Below are positions 18,339-29,679 of a stretch of 39,421 nt of DNA, piece after piece (the first letter of the stretch is position 1; every line of letters starts with the position of its first letter). A program made the position numbers and the translations under genes. The DNA lies in sequence record SRR16203515_1217. One strand, written 5' to 3'. The notes beneath the pieces were generated by a model, which ran no database searches, had not been told where the DNA came from, and saw only the letters and a list, made by a program, of their open reading frames with translations.

Positions 18339-19913
18339 CTAATCCGCCCAGAAAGTAGTGGCGGAAATTTCTAAAGCGGGCGCTACAAAAATATTGCGGT
18401 TATTTGCGGCGAGCCGGTTGAGGATTTTAAAGAGGGATTCGGTGTCTTTCTCCCGCCCGAGGGCCGCGGCAAGTTGGGGCGCGGTAAAGGCCTTGCCGGA
18501 CTCGGCGCGCAGGGCTTGTAGGGCGGCGACCTCCAGTTCGAGAACTGCGGCCGCCGCTTTTTTCCCGGCTTCAACGCCGGGCTGATGGTAGGCGTTGATA
18601 TTTACAAGGCTCGCATAGAGGCCAACCGCGCGCTCAAAGAGGGCAATCAATTGACCCACCGATTCAGGGCTGACCTCGTTGAGGGTAAGGGTAATGGATT
18701 GGCGGCCTTTTTCGTAGAGGGCATCGCGGGTTCCCAGATAGAAGCCCTGGAGATAATCCCCGGTTGTGGTGTTGGGCGCTACCTCGAGCGATTCCCCGGC
18801 GCGATCCTTGAGGACTTCGATAAAGGTCACAAAGAAGTTGTGAACGCCTTCCCGCAATTGTTGGACATAGGCGTGCTGGTCGGTCGAACCTTTGTTGCCG
18901 TAGACCGCGATACCTTGTTGCACCGGTTTCCCGTCGAGGTCCTCCGCTTTACCCAACGATTCCATTACGAGTTGTTGGAGGTATTTTGAAAAAAGCATGA
19001 GACGATCCTTATAGGGAAGGACGACCATGTCCTTCGAGCCGACGCCATCGGTGGCGAAATACCACATCAGGGCGAGCAGCGCTGCGGGGTTGCGGGTGGT
19101 TTCGGAGGTGCGGGTTGCGACATCCATTGCGGCGGCCCCTGCCAGCATGCGGTCGATTTCAATGCCCTGCAATGCGGCGGGGAGGAGTCCAACTGCCGCG
19201 AGTTCAGAGGTGCGCCCTCCGACCCAGTCCCACATCGGGAGGCGGGTAATCCAGGCTTCCGATTCGGCGAGGGCGTCGAGTTTGGATCCGGCTCCAGTAA
19301 TGGCGATCGCGTGCTGCGAAAAATCGAGCCCCGCAGCTTGGTAGGCGGACTGTGCTTCGAGCATCCCATTGCGGGTTTCGGCAGTGCCGCCCGACTTTGA
19401 AATGACCAGCGCAAGGGTTTTCCCGAGTTGCCCATCCAGCGCCGCAAGGGTGCGGTCGATCCCGTCGGGGTCGGTGTTGTCAAAGAAATGGAGTTTCAGC
19501 TTGTCGCCTTTGGGGCATCCCAGCGCGTCCGCTACGAACTGGGGACCCAGCGCGGAGCCGCCGATTCCGATAATGAGGCAATGCTTAAAAGTTCCGGCAG
19601 CGCCTTGTAATTCGCCTGAGTGCACGCGGGTCGCGATCGTTTGGATGTCGGAAAGACAAGTTTCAATCGCGCTTGTTAGCTCACTGCTGGGTGCGAGGGA
19701 GGCATTGTGCAACCAATAATGCCCCACCGCGCGGCCTTCATCGGGGTTGGCGATGGCGCCGCCTTCCAGTGCTGCCATTGCGGCAAAGGCCGACTGCATC
19801 CGTGGCTCCATGGAGGCCAGGTAGTCGTCGGGGAAGTCGATGCGGCTGATGTCGAGCGCGAAGCCGAGCTCTTCAAGATGAAGGTAGTGTTGTTTGAAGC
19901 GATCCCAGGACAT
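18339..19913 (-). CDS. pgi: Glucose-6-phosphate isomerase
   Basis: [54 protein letters not shown]. Confidence 0.97.
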   Translation of the reverse strand: MSWDRFKQHYLHLEELGFALDISRIDFPDDYLASMEPRMQSAFAAMAALEGGAIANPDEGRAVGHYWLHNASLAPSSELTSAIETCLSDIQTIATRVHSGELQGAAGTFKHCLIIGIGGSALGPQFVADALGCPKGDKLKLHFFDNTDPDGIDRTLAALDGQLGKTLALVISKSGGTAETRNGMLEAQSAYQAAGLDFSQHAIAITGAGSKLDALAESEAWITRLPMWDWVGGRTSELAAVGLLPAALQGIEIDRMLAGAAAMDVATRTSETTRNPAALLALMWYFATDGVGSKDMVVLPYKDRLMLFSKYLQQLVMESLGKAEDLDGKPVQQGIAVYGNKGSTDQHAYVQQLREGVHNFFVTFIEVLKDRAGESLEVAPNTTTGDYLQGFYLGTRDALYEKGRQSITLTLNEVSPESVGQLIALFERAVGLYASLVNINAYHQPGVEAGKKAAAAVLELEVAALQALRAESGKAFTAPQLAAALGREKDTESLFKILNRLAANNRNIFVAPALEISATTFWAD

Positions 19914-19939
19914 GTGTCGTGTGTGGTTAAGCGGTGGGC

Positions 19940-21652
19940 TTAGAGATTTTTATCAGTGACGGCGCCTTCCGAGGCGGTTGCGACAAGCGCGGCATATTTA
20001 CCGAGCACCCCGCGCCGGGTGCCGGGGCCACGGGGCTTGAAGGCCGCCATGCGACGTTCGAATTCCTCGGGCGCGATGCAAAGGTCAATCCGGTTGGCGA
20101 CCGCGTCGATCTCGATCGTATCACCGTTTTCCACGATTCCGATCGGACCGCCACAGGCTGCTTCAGGAGTGATATGCCCCACATCAAAGCCGTGACTCCC
20201 GCCGGAGAAACGCCCATCGGTAATGAGGGCGACGTCTTGGATGAGTCCGCGACCGGCAACCGCGCTGGTGGGGGAAAGCATTTCGCGCATCCCTGGCCCG
20301 CCGACCGGACCTTCATTGCGAATCACGACCACGTCACCTTTCACGACGTCCCCCCGCAGAATGCCAAGGAGGGCTTCTTCTTCACCTTCATAAACTTTCG
20401 CGGTTCCTTTAAAGTGCAGTCCTTCTTTACCGGTAATTTTACCGACCGCCGCTCCGGGGGCGAGGTTCCCGCGCAGGATTCGAAGGTGCGTGCTGTCTTT
20501 GATGGGTTGATCCCAGGGGCGGATAATATCCTGTTCGTCGGGGTAGGCGCCGTAGTCCGCCTCATTGGCAAGGGACTCCGCAATGGTTTCGCCGGTTACG
20601 GTGAGGCAGTCCCCATGGAGGAGGCCGCGGTCGAGCAGGCGTTTCATCATGGGACGGATTCCGCCAATCCGAATGAGGTGGCTCATGTTATATTTACCGA
20701 AGGGCTTGAGGTCGGCAAGGAGGGGAATGCGTTCCCCGATCGTAGCAAAATCGTCAATGCTCAAATCGACTTCGGCGGCATCCGCGATGGCGAGGAGGTG
20801 AAGGATGAGATTGGTAGAGCCACCCAGCGCGAGGCAGGTGGTAATGGCGTTTTCAAAGGCCTTGCGGGTCATGATATCGCGGGGTTTGAGACCCGCTTCC
20901 AACATTTTGACGACCGCGGCACCCGCCTGTTCACAATCGCGGCGCTTGGCTTCGCCGATCGCGACTTGGGCACTGCTCCCCGGGAGGCTCATGCCGAGTG
21001 CTTCAATAGCGCTCGCCATGGTGTTGGCGGTATACATGCCACCGCAGGAACCCGGCCCCGGAATGGCGTATTGCTCAACCTCTTTGAGTTCCGCGTCCGT
21101 CAATTCCCCCTTGGCGTGTTTGCCCACCGCTTCAAAGACCGAGACAATGTCCATCGGCTTGCACTCTTCCTTGTCCTTCGGCATGAAGCCCGGAAGAATC
21201 GTTCCGCCATAAACAAAGACTGCGGGCCGGTTGAGACGCGCGATCGCAATCATCGCTCCCGGCATATTTTTGTCACAGCCGCCAATCGCCACCAGTCCGT
21301 CAAAACCTTCCGCGGCACAGGCGGTTTCAATGGAATCCGCAATCACATCCCGCGAGACAAGGCTATAGCGCATCCCTTTGGTGCCCATGCTGATCCCGTC
21401 GGTCACCGTGATGGTGTTAAAACTGACTGCACGGCCTCCGGCGGCATTGATGCCCTTATAGGCGTGCTCGCCCAGTTCCCCGAGGTGCACGTTACAGGGG
21501 GTCATATCGCTGGGGGAACTTGCCACGGCGACCTGTGGTTTCTTGAAATCAGCATCCTTAAAGCCTACGGCGCGAAGCATCGCGCGGGCGGGCGCGCGGT
21601 CGGGGCCGTCAACAACGACGGATGAATGGGGACGGGAGTTTTTTTCAGCCAT
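19940..21652 (-). CDS. ilvD: Dihydroxy-acid dehydratase
   Basis: [49 protein letters not shown]. Confidence 0.98.
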   Translation of the reverse strand: MAEKNSRPHSSVVVDGPDRAPARAMLRAVGFKDADFKKPQVAVASSPSDMTPCNVHLGELGEHAYKGINAAGGRAVSFNTITVTDGISMGTKGMRYSLVSRDVIADSIETACAAEGFDGLVAIGGCDKNMPGAMIAIARLNRPAVFVYGGTILPGFMPKDKEECKPMDIVSVFEAVGKHAKGELTDAELKEVEQYAIPGPGSCGGMYTANTMASAIEALGMSLPGSSAQVAIGEAKRRDCEQAGAAVVKMLEAGLKPRDIMTRKAFENAITTCLALGGSTNLILHLLAIADAAEVDLSIDDFATIGERIPLLADLKPFGKYNMSHLIRIGGIRPMMKRLLDRGLLHGDCLTVTGETIAESLANEADYGAYPDEQDIIRPWDQPIKDSTHLRILRGNLAPGAAVGKITGKEGLHFKGTAKVYEGEEEALLGILRGDVVKGDVVVIRNEGPVGGPGMREMLSPTSAVAGRGLIQDVALITDGRFSGGSHGFDVGHITPEAACGGPIGIVENGDTIEIDAVANRIDLCIAPEEFERRMAAFKPRGPGTRRGVLGKYAALVATASEGAVTDKNL

Positions 21653-21786
21653 AATCAGGAAAAGGTTCTAGTTGGGAAGGGGGCCTGAAGGCAACCCCAC
21701 AAAAAGGGAAGGGAATGAAAGAATAAGGACAACTCTGTTTTTTACTGTTCATGCCCCCAAAGTTTGATTTGCATAGGACTTGAATT

Positions 21787-22566
21787 ATGGAACCCGACCT
21801 TAACAAGACTCTTGAAGCACTCCTGCTTTCCACCGCAGAGCCCATTACCCTCAAAACTCTGGGAGAAGTCTTTGCGCGCCATCACCGCGAGGAAGCGGAA
21901 GCGGCGGAGGGGGAGGCGGAAGCCGGCAGCGAATTACCGAGAGCGGTGAAGCCCGCTGAAATCCGGGATGCCCTCACGGCCTTGACCGAAGCAGCGGAAG
22001 CCGAGGACAAAGCCTACCGCATTGTGGAAGGTCCAAACGGGTTCCAGATTATGACCGCTCCCGCATATTCCGATTTTGTGCGCCTCATGCGCAAGGAACC
22101 GCGCCCCATGAAGTTAAGCCCGGCGGCTTTGGAGACCCTTTCGATTGTCGCCTATCGTCAACCGGTGACGCGCGCCGAGATCGAGGCGATTCGCGGGGTG
22201 TCTGCCGACAGCGCCCTCAATCGTTTGATCGAGCATGAACTGGCACAGGTTACCGGACGGGCGGAGCTTCCCGGGCGGCCCATTCAATACGGAACGACCG
22301 ACGCATTCCTCGAATTCACCGGTCTGCGTGAACTCGATCAACTGCCCGCCTCGGATGTTTTGAGCAATCATCAGATTGATGACTGGATGCGCGCGGGGGA
22401 GGACCCGGGGCCTGAACCGACTGACAGCGATGTTGGCTTGGCAGAAGAGCCGCGCCCGGATGAATTACCCCTGAATCAGGAATTTGCCGAGATTGAGTGG
22501 CAAAAGGAAAATGCCGAAAGCGATGCGGCGGAGGTCGTCGCAGAACCCACCGAAGAGGAGCAATAG
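21787..22566 (+). CDS. scpB: SMC-Scp complex subunit ScpB
   Basis: LEALLL, LSPAALETLSIVAYRQPVTRAEIEAIRGV, PGRPIQYGTTDAFL; acidic C-terminal tail. Confidence 0.95.
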   Translation: MEPDLNKTLEALLLSTAEPITLKTLGEVFARHHREEAEAAEGEAEAGSELPRAVKPAEIRDALTALTEAAEAEDKAYRIVEGPNGFQIMTAPAYSDFVRLMRKEPRPMKLSPAALETLSIVAYRQPVTRAEIEAIRGVSADSALNRLIEHELAQVTGRAELPGRPIQYGTTDAFLEFTGLRELDQLPASDVLSNHQIDDWMRAGEDPGPEPTDSDVGLAEEPRPDELPLNQEFAEIEWQKENAESDAAEVVAEPTEEEQ

Positions 22567-22567
22567 C

Positions 22568-23656
22568 ATGGCGGAAGAAATAAATGAGCAACTCCAGCCC
22601 CACCGCGAGGCGATCGATGCGATCGACCGCGAGATGGTACGTTTACTCAATGAGCGCGTGCAGGAAGCGGGAGCGATTGGGAAAATCAAGCACGCCAGTG
22701 GCGCGCCCTATTATGACCCTTCGCGGGAAGCGCAGGTTATGGATAAGATCGCGGCCCTGAACTCCGGGGCGCTCAACCCTACCGCCCTGCGGGCCATATA
22801 CCGCGAGATTATATCTGCTTCCATCGCCCTCGAAAAGAAACTGGCGATTGCTTACCTCGGGCCGGAAGCGACTTACACGCACCAGGCCGCAGTGCGCAAC
22901 TTCGGGGTGAGTTTGGATTACCGCCCCATGAAAACCATTTCCGATGTCTTCACCGAGGTTGAGCGAGGCGAGGCGGACTACGGTGTTATCCCGATTGAAA
23001 ATTCGACCGAGGGGGCCGTTTTCCACTCTATGGATATGTTGGTCGATACGGATTTATACATCTGCTCACAGGTTTACCTTCCGATTGAGCATTGCCTCAT
23101 TTCGCAATCCCCGCTTTCGGAGATTAAAGAAGTGCATTCCAAGGATCAGGCGCTTGGGCAATGCCGGGCGTGGTTGCGCCGCAATCTTCCCGAGGCCCAA
23201 CTAGTGGACACCTCCAGCACGGCGCATGCGGTGAAGCTGGCGAAGTCGAGCCGCGTCGTGGCGGCGGTCGCCAGTGAATTGGCGGCAGAGCTTTACGAAT
23301 TGCCGGTGGTTCAGCGCGGGATTCAGGACAAGACCGATAACGTCACCCGTTTCCTGGTGGTCGGTAAAACCGAGGCGCAGGCCCTGGGATCCGGGCGCGA
23401 TAAAACCAGTTTGGTCTTTTCCCTGAAGGATGAATGCGGAGCCCTCGAAAAAGTATTGGAAGCCTTTGCGAGTCGCGGAATCAATCTCAGTAAAATTGAG
23501 TCCCGCCCCAGCCGCCGGAAAGCCTGGGATTATTATTTCTTCATCGATTTAATCGGGCACCGCGCCGATGCGGAGGTGCAGGCCGCCTATAAGGAATTAG
23601 AGGGGCACTGTTCCTTTGTTAAGTGGCTGGGAAGCTACCCCAATAGCGAGCGTTGA
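22568..23656 (+). CDS. pheA: Chorismate mutase / prephenate dehydratase (P-protein)
   Basis: REAIDAIDREMVRLLNER (AroQ), YLGPEATYT, PIENSTEG, NVTRF, and ACT domain INLSKIESRP. Start ATG 22568. Confidence 0.96.
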   Translation: MAEEINEQLQPHREAIDAIDREMVRLLNERVQEAGAIGKIKHASGAPYYDPSREAQVMDKIAALNSGALNPTALRAIYREIISASIALEKKLAIAYLGPEATYTHQAAVRNFGVSLDYRPMKTISDVFTEVERGEADYGVIPIENSTEGAVFHSMDMLVDTDLYICSQVYLPIEHCLISQSPLSEIKEVHSKDQALGQCRAWLRRNLPEAQLVDTSSTAHAVKLAKSSRVVAAVASELAAELYELPVVQRGIQDKTDNVTRFLVVGKTEAQALGSGRDKTSLVFSLKDECGALEKVLEAFASRGINLSKIESRPSRRKAWDYYFFIDLIGHRADAEVQAAYKELEGHCSFVKWLGSYPNSER

Positions 23657-23804
23657 GTCGGCGTGCGGGATGGCCCCAGGTGATTCCCTTTAAAACGCGT
23701 CTTGTGCTTTGCCGCTAAACGTGCAGCCTCCCGCCATTGCTTCCGTCCCAAAAGGGTTCCTGTATTCAAATCCAGACGAGGCACCATCCAACCGGATCCT
23801 ATAT

Positions 23805-25313
23805 ATGCAAACGACATTTTCTGACCTTGGGCTCTGCCCGGAACTACTGGAAGGCGTACAACGTTTGGGCTTTGAGTCGCCTTCTCCGATTCAGGCGCAG
23901 ACCATTCCGGTCGCTTTGGCGGGGCGTGACATTGTGGGACTTTCGCAAACCGGCTCTGGCAAGACTGCCGCCTTTGCGCTGCCTGCCCTCAATCAGATAG
24001 ATGTGGCGCGACCCGAAACACAGGCCTTGGTGCTCTGTCCCACCCGCGAACTGGCGGTGCAGGTATGTGAGGAAATTCACAGACTCGGTGCGGCCATGCC
24101 CGGCCTGCATGCGATTCCGGTTTACGGAGGCGCGCCCATGGATCGACAAATCAAAGCGCTGCGTCGGGGGGTACATGTCGTAGTTGGAACGCCCGGGCGC
24201 CTCATGGATCACATGAACCGGGGCAATTTCAAGGGCGAGGCGGTGCGGATGTGCATCCTCGATGAGGCGGACCGCATGTTGGATATGGGTTTTCGCGATG
24301 ACATGGAGGTGATTCTCGATGCCTTGCCGCGCGAACGCCAAACCCTCTTTTTCTCGGCGACCATGAACAAGGGCGTGAACGGTCTCATCAAAGCCTTCAG
24401 TCGCGATGCGCAGCAAATTTCCATTGAGCGCAAGGCGCTGACTGTGGACACGATTGAGCAGAGCTATTACGAGGTACGCAACCGTTCAAAAATTGAAGTG
24501 ATGTGCCGCTTGTTGGATTTGGAGTCGGCGCCACGCGGCATTGTTTTTTGTAATACCAAGCAAATGGTGGAAGAGGCCTGCTCCGCTCTGGTGGCGCGGG
24601 GGTATCTTGCGGACCATATTCACGGGGATATTCCACAACGCGGCCGGGAACGGGTCTTCCGCAAATTCAAAGGCGGGGAGTTGGAAATGCTGGTGGCCAC
24701 CGATGTGGCAGCGCGGGGTTTGGACGTTGATGACGTCAGTATGGTATTCAACTACGATTTACCCTATGACCCCGAGGATTATGTGCACCGGATCGGGCGG
24801 ACCGGTCGGGCGGGGCGTTCGGGAAAATCGATCACCTTTGTTTATGGGCGAGACATCCACCGCCTCGAGGCGATCGAGCGTTATACCCGACAAAAGATTC
24901 CGCGCTGTAAGATTCCCACTCAGGAAGAAGTGGAGGGGCACAAAGCAGACAAGGTTTTTGACAAGGTGCGTGACTTGCTGGAAGCGGGCGTGAAGGAAAG
25001 CTACGGGCATTTATTCGACCGTCTGCTGGACGCGGGGCATACGCCCACAGAAATTGCGAGCGGGCTATTCCATCTTTTACGGGAAGAAGACAAACGCGAA
25101 AGCGAGACCATCGCGGAGGATTCGGAACCGTTCAGTGATCGACCTCGCTCAGTGGGCGGTGGCGGGAAGGGACTCTACCGCAAACGCAAGGGGGGTTATC
25201 GTCCCGGTCGCAAACGCAGCGAAGGGTATTCAAACTCCGGCGGGAATGGCAAATCCAAGAGCGGTGGTGGCGGGAAGGGGCTTGGCCCCCGTCGACGCTT
25301 CAAGCGCCCCTAG
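23805..25313 (+). CDS. DEAD-box ATP-dependent RNA helicase (DeaD/CshA-like)
   Basis: Q motif, [42 protein letters not shown]-rich tail. Start placed at ATG 23805. Confidence 0.96.
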   Translation: MQTTFSDLGLCPELLEGVQRLGFESPSPIQAQTIPVALAGRDIVGLSQTGSGKTAAFALPALNQIDVARPETQALVLCPTRELAVQVCEEIHRLGAAMPGLHAIPVYGGAPMDRQIKALRRGVHVVVGTPGRLMDHMNRGNFKGEAVRMCILDEADRMLDMGFRDDMEVILDALPRERQTLFFSATMNKGVNGLIKAFSRDAQQISIERKALTVDTIEQSYYEVRNRSKIEVMCRLLDLESAPRGIVFCNTKQMVEEACSALVARGYLADHIHGDIPQRGRERVFRKFKGGELEMLVATDVAARGLDVDDVSMVFNYDLPYDPEDYVHRIGRTGRAGRSGKSITFVYGRDIHRLEAIERYTRQKIPRCKIPTQEEVEGHKADKVFDKVRDLLEAGVKESYGHLFDRLLDAGHTPTEIASGLFHLLREEDKRESETIAEDSEPFSDRPRSVGGGGKGLYRKRKGGYRPGRKRSEGYSNSGGNGKSKSGGGGKGLGPRRRFKRP

Positions 25314-25936
25314 CGGCAGCGCGGCAGAATTTTGGAACGGCGCCGGTATCCCCAAATGGCAAGAGCGCTGAAGGTTCCCAACAGGAGGGCGCTCGACCGG
25401 GGTTCCGGAATGATTCCAATGCGGAACGATTCGAGCCGCACTTCGCTGGCGCCGATATTGGAATTGGTACTTTTAAAGAATACTCCCTGCAGTAACGGAA
25501 AGTCAAAATCAGTGAAGGCGTGGTAGCCCGCAGTGAAGGCGGTGGTGTAACTTTTGCCTGAGTCAAAATCTACAATTTCAAAAGATTCATCGCCATCGAG
25601 ATTGGGGTCGGCGGGATGGGGAGCGATGGTATAGCCGAGAAGGCGGTAGTTGCTCGCATTCGCGACTCCTATGAAATCGAAGAGCAACAGGTTGGCTTCG
25701 TCGCTAATGGTGCTCGAAAAGAGGCGCAGCCCCTCGGGGGTGACATCTTGTTCCGTGGTCCTAAAGAGGTTAGTTATAGTGATACCATTCTTGGTATGAG
25801 AGCCGACGCTGGTCTCGGTGGCTCCAAAGATCTCAAAGAGATTAAAATCGGCATAGACCGTAATATTTTGAGCGTGCAATGAGGCAGTGGTTACCCAAAG
25901 GGCAAGGCAGGCGGCGAGACGGTAAACGTGTTGCAT
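25310..25936 (-). CDS. PEP-CTERM sorting domain protein
   Basis: Signal peptide ending LHA; C-terminal IPEP, then a hydrophobic stretch, then RRR. Confidence 0.85.
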   Translation of the reverse strand: MQHVYRLAACLALWVTTASLHAQNITVYADFNLFEIFGATETSVGSHTKNGITITNLFRTTEQDVTPEGLRLFSSTISDEANLLLFDFIGVANASNYRLLGYTIAPHPADPNLDGDESFEIVDFDSGKSYTTAFTAGYHAFTDFDFPLLQGVFFKSTNSNIGASEVRLESFRIGIIPEPRSSALLLGTFSALAIWGYRRRSKILPRCR

Positions 25937-26047
25937 GCCTTAAAAGTTAACAAATCAAAAAAATAATTCAATAAAAAATAAAATAAAATTTGTATGTAAA
26001 ATTACGGACATTTGGGGCCCTGCTGCGGTTTTACCGGTTTGCGGGCC

Positions 26048-28414
26048 TCAAAGACTTGAGCCGTTTGCGAGGCCCTGCACCCAATCTGCCATGATGCGGG
26101 TGCTCTCCCGCAAATAGATGTCAAAGGGTTCCTCGTCATCCTCGTCATCCTGGGCAAGCTCCGCAGGGGTGGCAGAATCGGATTCATCTTCTACGGCTTC
26201 GGTGGCAAGTTTGAGGTTTTGGGCGGAGAGCGCTTCTTGTTCCTCACTGATTTTGGTGAGGAATTCCTCGGTGGGGTAGTTCTTTTCGCGCAGGGCCTCA
26301 TAGGTCGCGTTCAATTGTTTGGCATACGCCTCGTCTTGGATCTTTTGAGTGATGCGTTCGGCGAGCTGGATCGAGACCGACTTTTTCTCATAGCGTTCCT
26401 TGCGCCAGGCGATTTGTTTTTTGAGGAAATCAAACTCTTCGAGGCTGGACTGGCGTGCCACGCTTGCTTGCCCCAGGGAATCGAGCCATGTGAGATTGTT
26501 GGCTCCTGCTACCCCGAGGGCAGACCAGTCTGTTTGTGTAACAAGGGGGTCAATTTCATCCCAGGGCAGGGCGTGGGGAAGGTCGGATTCTCCAATCGGG
26601 AGGAACTCGTTGCTGGAGGGCAGGACGATGTCGGAGGGAACGCCCTCCAGTTGCGTGGAGGTCCCGCCGGGGAGATAAAATTGTTTGATGGTTATCTTGC
26701 TGGCAACGGGGCGGGTGGTGGTGCTGGGTTGCGAGAATTGTGGGAGGAAGCTGAAGACCGGACGCGTGTTCATATGGTAAACTTCCTGCACGGTGCCTTT
26801 GCCGTGGGTGGAGGAGTTCCCTACGATGAGGGCACGCCCATGGTCGCGCAGGGCACCCGCAACGATTTCGGAAGCAGAGGCACTGAAGCGGGAGGTCAGG
26901 ACAATGAGCGGGCCATCCCAAAGAATGCGTGCGTCGTTATCCGGCAAGACATCGACCCGCCCGGTTTTATCGCGCACCTGCACCACCGGCCCGGTGGGGA
27001 TGAAGAGGCCCGCGACGCGCACTGCCTCGGAGAGCAAGCCGCCGCCATTATTGCGCAGGTCAAGGACAAGCCCCTCGGCGCCGGCATCCTGTAATTTATT
27101 GAGGAGTTCGGCAATGTCGGCAGAGGTCGTGGTGAGGGTGTCACCCAAGCCAATATTTCCATAAAAAGAGGGCAAGTAGATCACGCCGATTTTGCTGCTA
27201 GAACCGGAATCATTCGGCACCTCGATGAGTTGTGCGGTGGCGAGGTTGGCGGTGAGTTTTACTTCCCCGCGAACGATCGAGACTTCCTTGCGCACCGAGG
27301 GGTCGGTATCGGCGGGATGAATCAAGAGGCGCACGGTGGTGCCTTTTTCGCCTTTGATCTTTCGGACTATGTAGCGGAGCTGCATATCAACGATATCCTC
27401 AAATTCCCCGTCTTCCCCTTGGGCGACCGCATGGATTTCATCGCCGTCATTGAGCTTGCGGGATGCTTCGGCAGGACCGCCGGGAAGGATGTCCTTGATG
27501 GTGCAAATGCCGTCTTCGTCTTGCAGGAGGGCTCCGATCCCGACAAAGGAATTTTGCACCGCGGAGTTAAAGTTTTCCAAGGTATCAGCGGAGAGGAAGG
27601 AGGAATGCGGATCAAAGAGCTGTGTCATGGAGTTGACGTAGGCTTCCTGCACTTCGGCGGCCTCCCGTTGTTGGATAAGCCCGAGGCGCCGCTCGTAACG
27701 GCGTTGGATCTTTGCTTTAGCCTGTTCCAGAATGTCGCGGTAATATTCCGGCTCGTTGAGGAGGCGCAGCACTTTTTCGGGATCAAAGTCCTCCTCGGAA
27801 TCCTCGGCAGCACTGTCGAGGGCGGGATCCATGGATTGAAATTCGAGGGCTTCAAGTTTGTCGTGGGTGCTTTCCGAGGCGAGGGAGAGCATTTCATTGA
27901 TCAGTTCGTATTTGAGGCGTCTTTCCCAGAGGGCATCGGCCTCGCGGGCGTCAGCCGGCCAGGGGGCCTCCTTGCGGTCGGTGAGAAAGCTTTCCTCGAC
28001 CGTGAAATCAAAGTCTTGTTTCAGGCGGGCGTGAATCCAGGCGGTGCGTTCCTCGAGGCGCAAACGGAAAGTTTTAAAGATTTCAAAGGCGGCGTAGAGG
28101 TTGCCTTTTTGAAGGAAGGCTTCCATCGCGTCGGCGAATCGAAAATGAAATGCATCGAGATCGCTTTGAAGGAAGTGCATTTGGCCGTAGTCGAAACTTT
28201 TAATGTAGGCCTCGATGATTTCCTTTCCGTCGAGTTTGCCGATGGTATCTCGCAGGTAATGGCGATTATTGATGGTGTTGACGACCCAGCGGGTTTGGTC
28301 GCCCATTTCGGAGCTGGGGGCGAGACGGGCCTCGGTGGGCGCCAGGGCGAAGAGCGGGAGGAAAGAAAGCGTGAGCAGCAAGAGGCCAGTGCAAATATTT
28401 TTTAAGTGATTCAT
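26048..28414 (-). CDS. prc: Carboxy-terminal processing (tail-specific) protease, S41 family
   Basis: [25 protein letters not shown] (catalytic Ser), HGKGTVQ (catalytic Lys), STQLEGV, LPWD. Confidence 0.92.
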   Translation of the reverse strand: MNHLKNICTGLLLLTLSFLPLFALAPTEARLAPSSEMGDQTRWVVNTINNRHYLRDTIGKLDGKEIIEAYIKSFDYGQMHFLQSDLDAFHFRFADAMEAFLQKGNLYAAFEIFKTFRLRLEERTAWIHARLKQDFDFTVEESFLTDRKEAPWPADAREADALWERRLKYELINEMLSLASESTHDKLEALEFQSMDPALDSAAEDSEEDFDPEKVLRLLNEPEYYRDILEQAKAKIQRRYERRLGLIQQREAAEVQEAYVNSMTQLFDPHSSFLSADTLENFNSAVQNSFVGIGALLQDEDGICTIKDILPGGPAEASRKLNDGDEIHAVAQGEDGEFEDIVDMQLRYIVRKIKGEKGTTVRLLIHPADTDPSVRKEVSIVRGEVKLTANLATAQLIEVPNDSGSSSKIGVIYLPSFYGNIGLGDTLTTTSADIAELLNKLQDAGAEGLVLDLRNNGGGLLSEAVRVAGLFIPTGPVVQVRDKTGRVDVLPDNDARILWDGPLIVLTSRFSASASEIVAGALRDHGRALIVGNSSTHGKGTVQEVYHMNTRPVFSFLPQFSQPSTTTRPVASKITIKQFYLPGGTSTQLEGVPSDIVLPSSNEFLPIGESDLPHALPWDEIDPLVTQTDWSALGVAGANNLTWLDSLGQASVARQSSLEEFDFLKKQIAWRKERYEKKSVSIQLAERITQKIQDEAYAKQLNATYEALREKNYPTEEFLTKISEEQEALSAQNLKLATEAVEDESDSATPAELAQDDEDDEEPFDIYLRESTRIMADWVQGLANGSSL

Positions 28415-28441
28415 TTTTAGTAGAAGGCGGGGGCCGGGGTT

Positions 28442-29326
28442 TTAGGAGCGGTTTTCTTGGGCGCGCTGCAGGATTTCTTTTTCTTTTTGGCTGAGCGCAT
28501 CAAAGCCCCGGGCGCTGATTTTATCAAGGATGCGGTCGACTTCCTGGGTGCTTTGATTAGCGGTGGGTCGATTCACGGTGTAAGGGATGTCGGGCTTTTT
28601 GGAACGGGCAAACCATTTGGGAAGTTCGATGCCGATGCCTTTACGGCGCGAGGACTTGGGTAAATTCAAGCGATGGGCGAAGCGGTAAAAGAGGAAACCA
28701 AAGCCGAGACCTCCGAGGTGGGCGGAGTGGGCAATACGGGAGCCAAGGTTACCCAACTCGTAGAAGAACAAACCAAAGAGAGAAACCCCAATCGCGATGC
28801 GGAGCAGATATTTGGGTTTGAGGGTAACAGGAATTACAAAGAAAAGCAGGAGGGTGATGGGCTGTTCCGGATGGCGCAGGCAAAAATATGCGATGAGGGC
28901 GAAAACTGCGGCGGAAGCCCCGATCAGGACGACGCCGGAGTTGAAATGTAGCAGGAGGTAGAGGAGGCCGCCGGCCAGGGCGCCACCCAGATAGAGCACG
29001 AGAAAGGATTGGCGGCCGAGGTGCGGTTCCAGGAAACGCCCCAGAAAAAACAGTCCCGCCATGTTGCCCACGATATGCCAGATGGTTTGGATGCTGTGGA
29101 GGAAGCTGTAGCTGAGAAGGGTCCAGACCTTAAGTTCCTTGAAATTGGGCGCGCTCAGGGCGAGCCATTCCTCAAAGAAACCGCGATGGAGGCCCGGAAA
29201 AAAGACGTTTACGATATGTTGCAGGAGGAAGACCGCCGCCGTTCCAAAAAGCAGGTATTCGGTGGCACTGCGGGCGGGCGGCGCGGGGGTGCGCGGTTCG
29301 CGCATGTAGGGACGATCGTAAATCAT
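28442..29326 (-). CDS. Rhomboid family intramembrane serine protease with soluble C-terminal extension
   Basis: FLH....HIVGNM, GASA (Ser), AHLGG (His); C-terminal EVDRILDKISARGFDALS..EK helical domain. Confidence 0.93.
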   Translation of the reverse strand: MIYDRPYMREPRTPAPPARSATEYLLFGTAAVFLLQHIVNVFFPGLHRGFFEEWLALSAPNFKELKVWTLLSYSFLHSIQTIWHIVGNMAGLFFLGRFLEPHLGRQSFLVLYLGGALAGGLLYLLLHFNSGVVLIGASAAVFALIAYFCLRHPEQPITLLLFFVIPVTLKPKYLLRIAIGVSLFGLFFYELGNLGSRIAHSAHLGGLGFGFLFYRFAHRLNLPKSSRRKGIGIELPKWFARSKKPDIPYTVNRPTANQSTQEVDRILDKISARGFDALSQKEKEILQRAQENRS

Positions 29327-29442
29327 AAATGGAAAGATATATCTAAAAGCTTGTCCTTGCCAAGAAGCGAGACCCTAAAAGCGGTCTGGAGGTTCCTTTC
29401 TTCCCGCTTGACTTAGAGAATTTCTGTGTAGCATTTAAGGGT

Positions 29443-29679
29443 ATGGCAGAAAAAGATGAAAAATGGCCCGAAAACGTAAAAGGCAAGTTCTACGTGGACG
29501 AGCAATGTATTGACTGCGATCTGTGCCGCGAAACCGCGCCGGAAAACTTCACCCGTTATGAGGACGGCGGATATTCCTTCGTCCACAAGCAGCCGGAATC
29601 CGAGGCCGAAATCGCGCTCTGCCAGGAAGCCCTTGAGGGTTGCCCGGTGGAGGCGATTGGCGAAGACGGCGAGGACTAG
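29443..29679 (+). CDS. Monocluster ferredoxin
   Basis: CIDCDLC...AP...CPVEAI; 78 aa, acidic. Confidence 0.93.
   Translation: MAEKDEKWPENVKGKFYVDEQCIDCDLCRETAPENFTRYEDGGYSFVHKQPESEAEIALCQEALEGCPVEAIGEDGED

Noticed and set aside
19934..21625. 563-aa ORF antisense to ilvD
   Set aside because: It mirrors ilvD codon for codon and has no recognisable motifs; long stop-free antisense frames are expected opposite GC-rich, codon-biased genes.
26219..28405. 291-aa and 391-aa + strand ORFs opposite prc
   Set aside because: Antisense shadows of a well-supported gene, with no domain signal.
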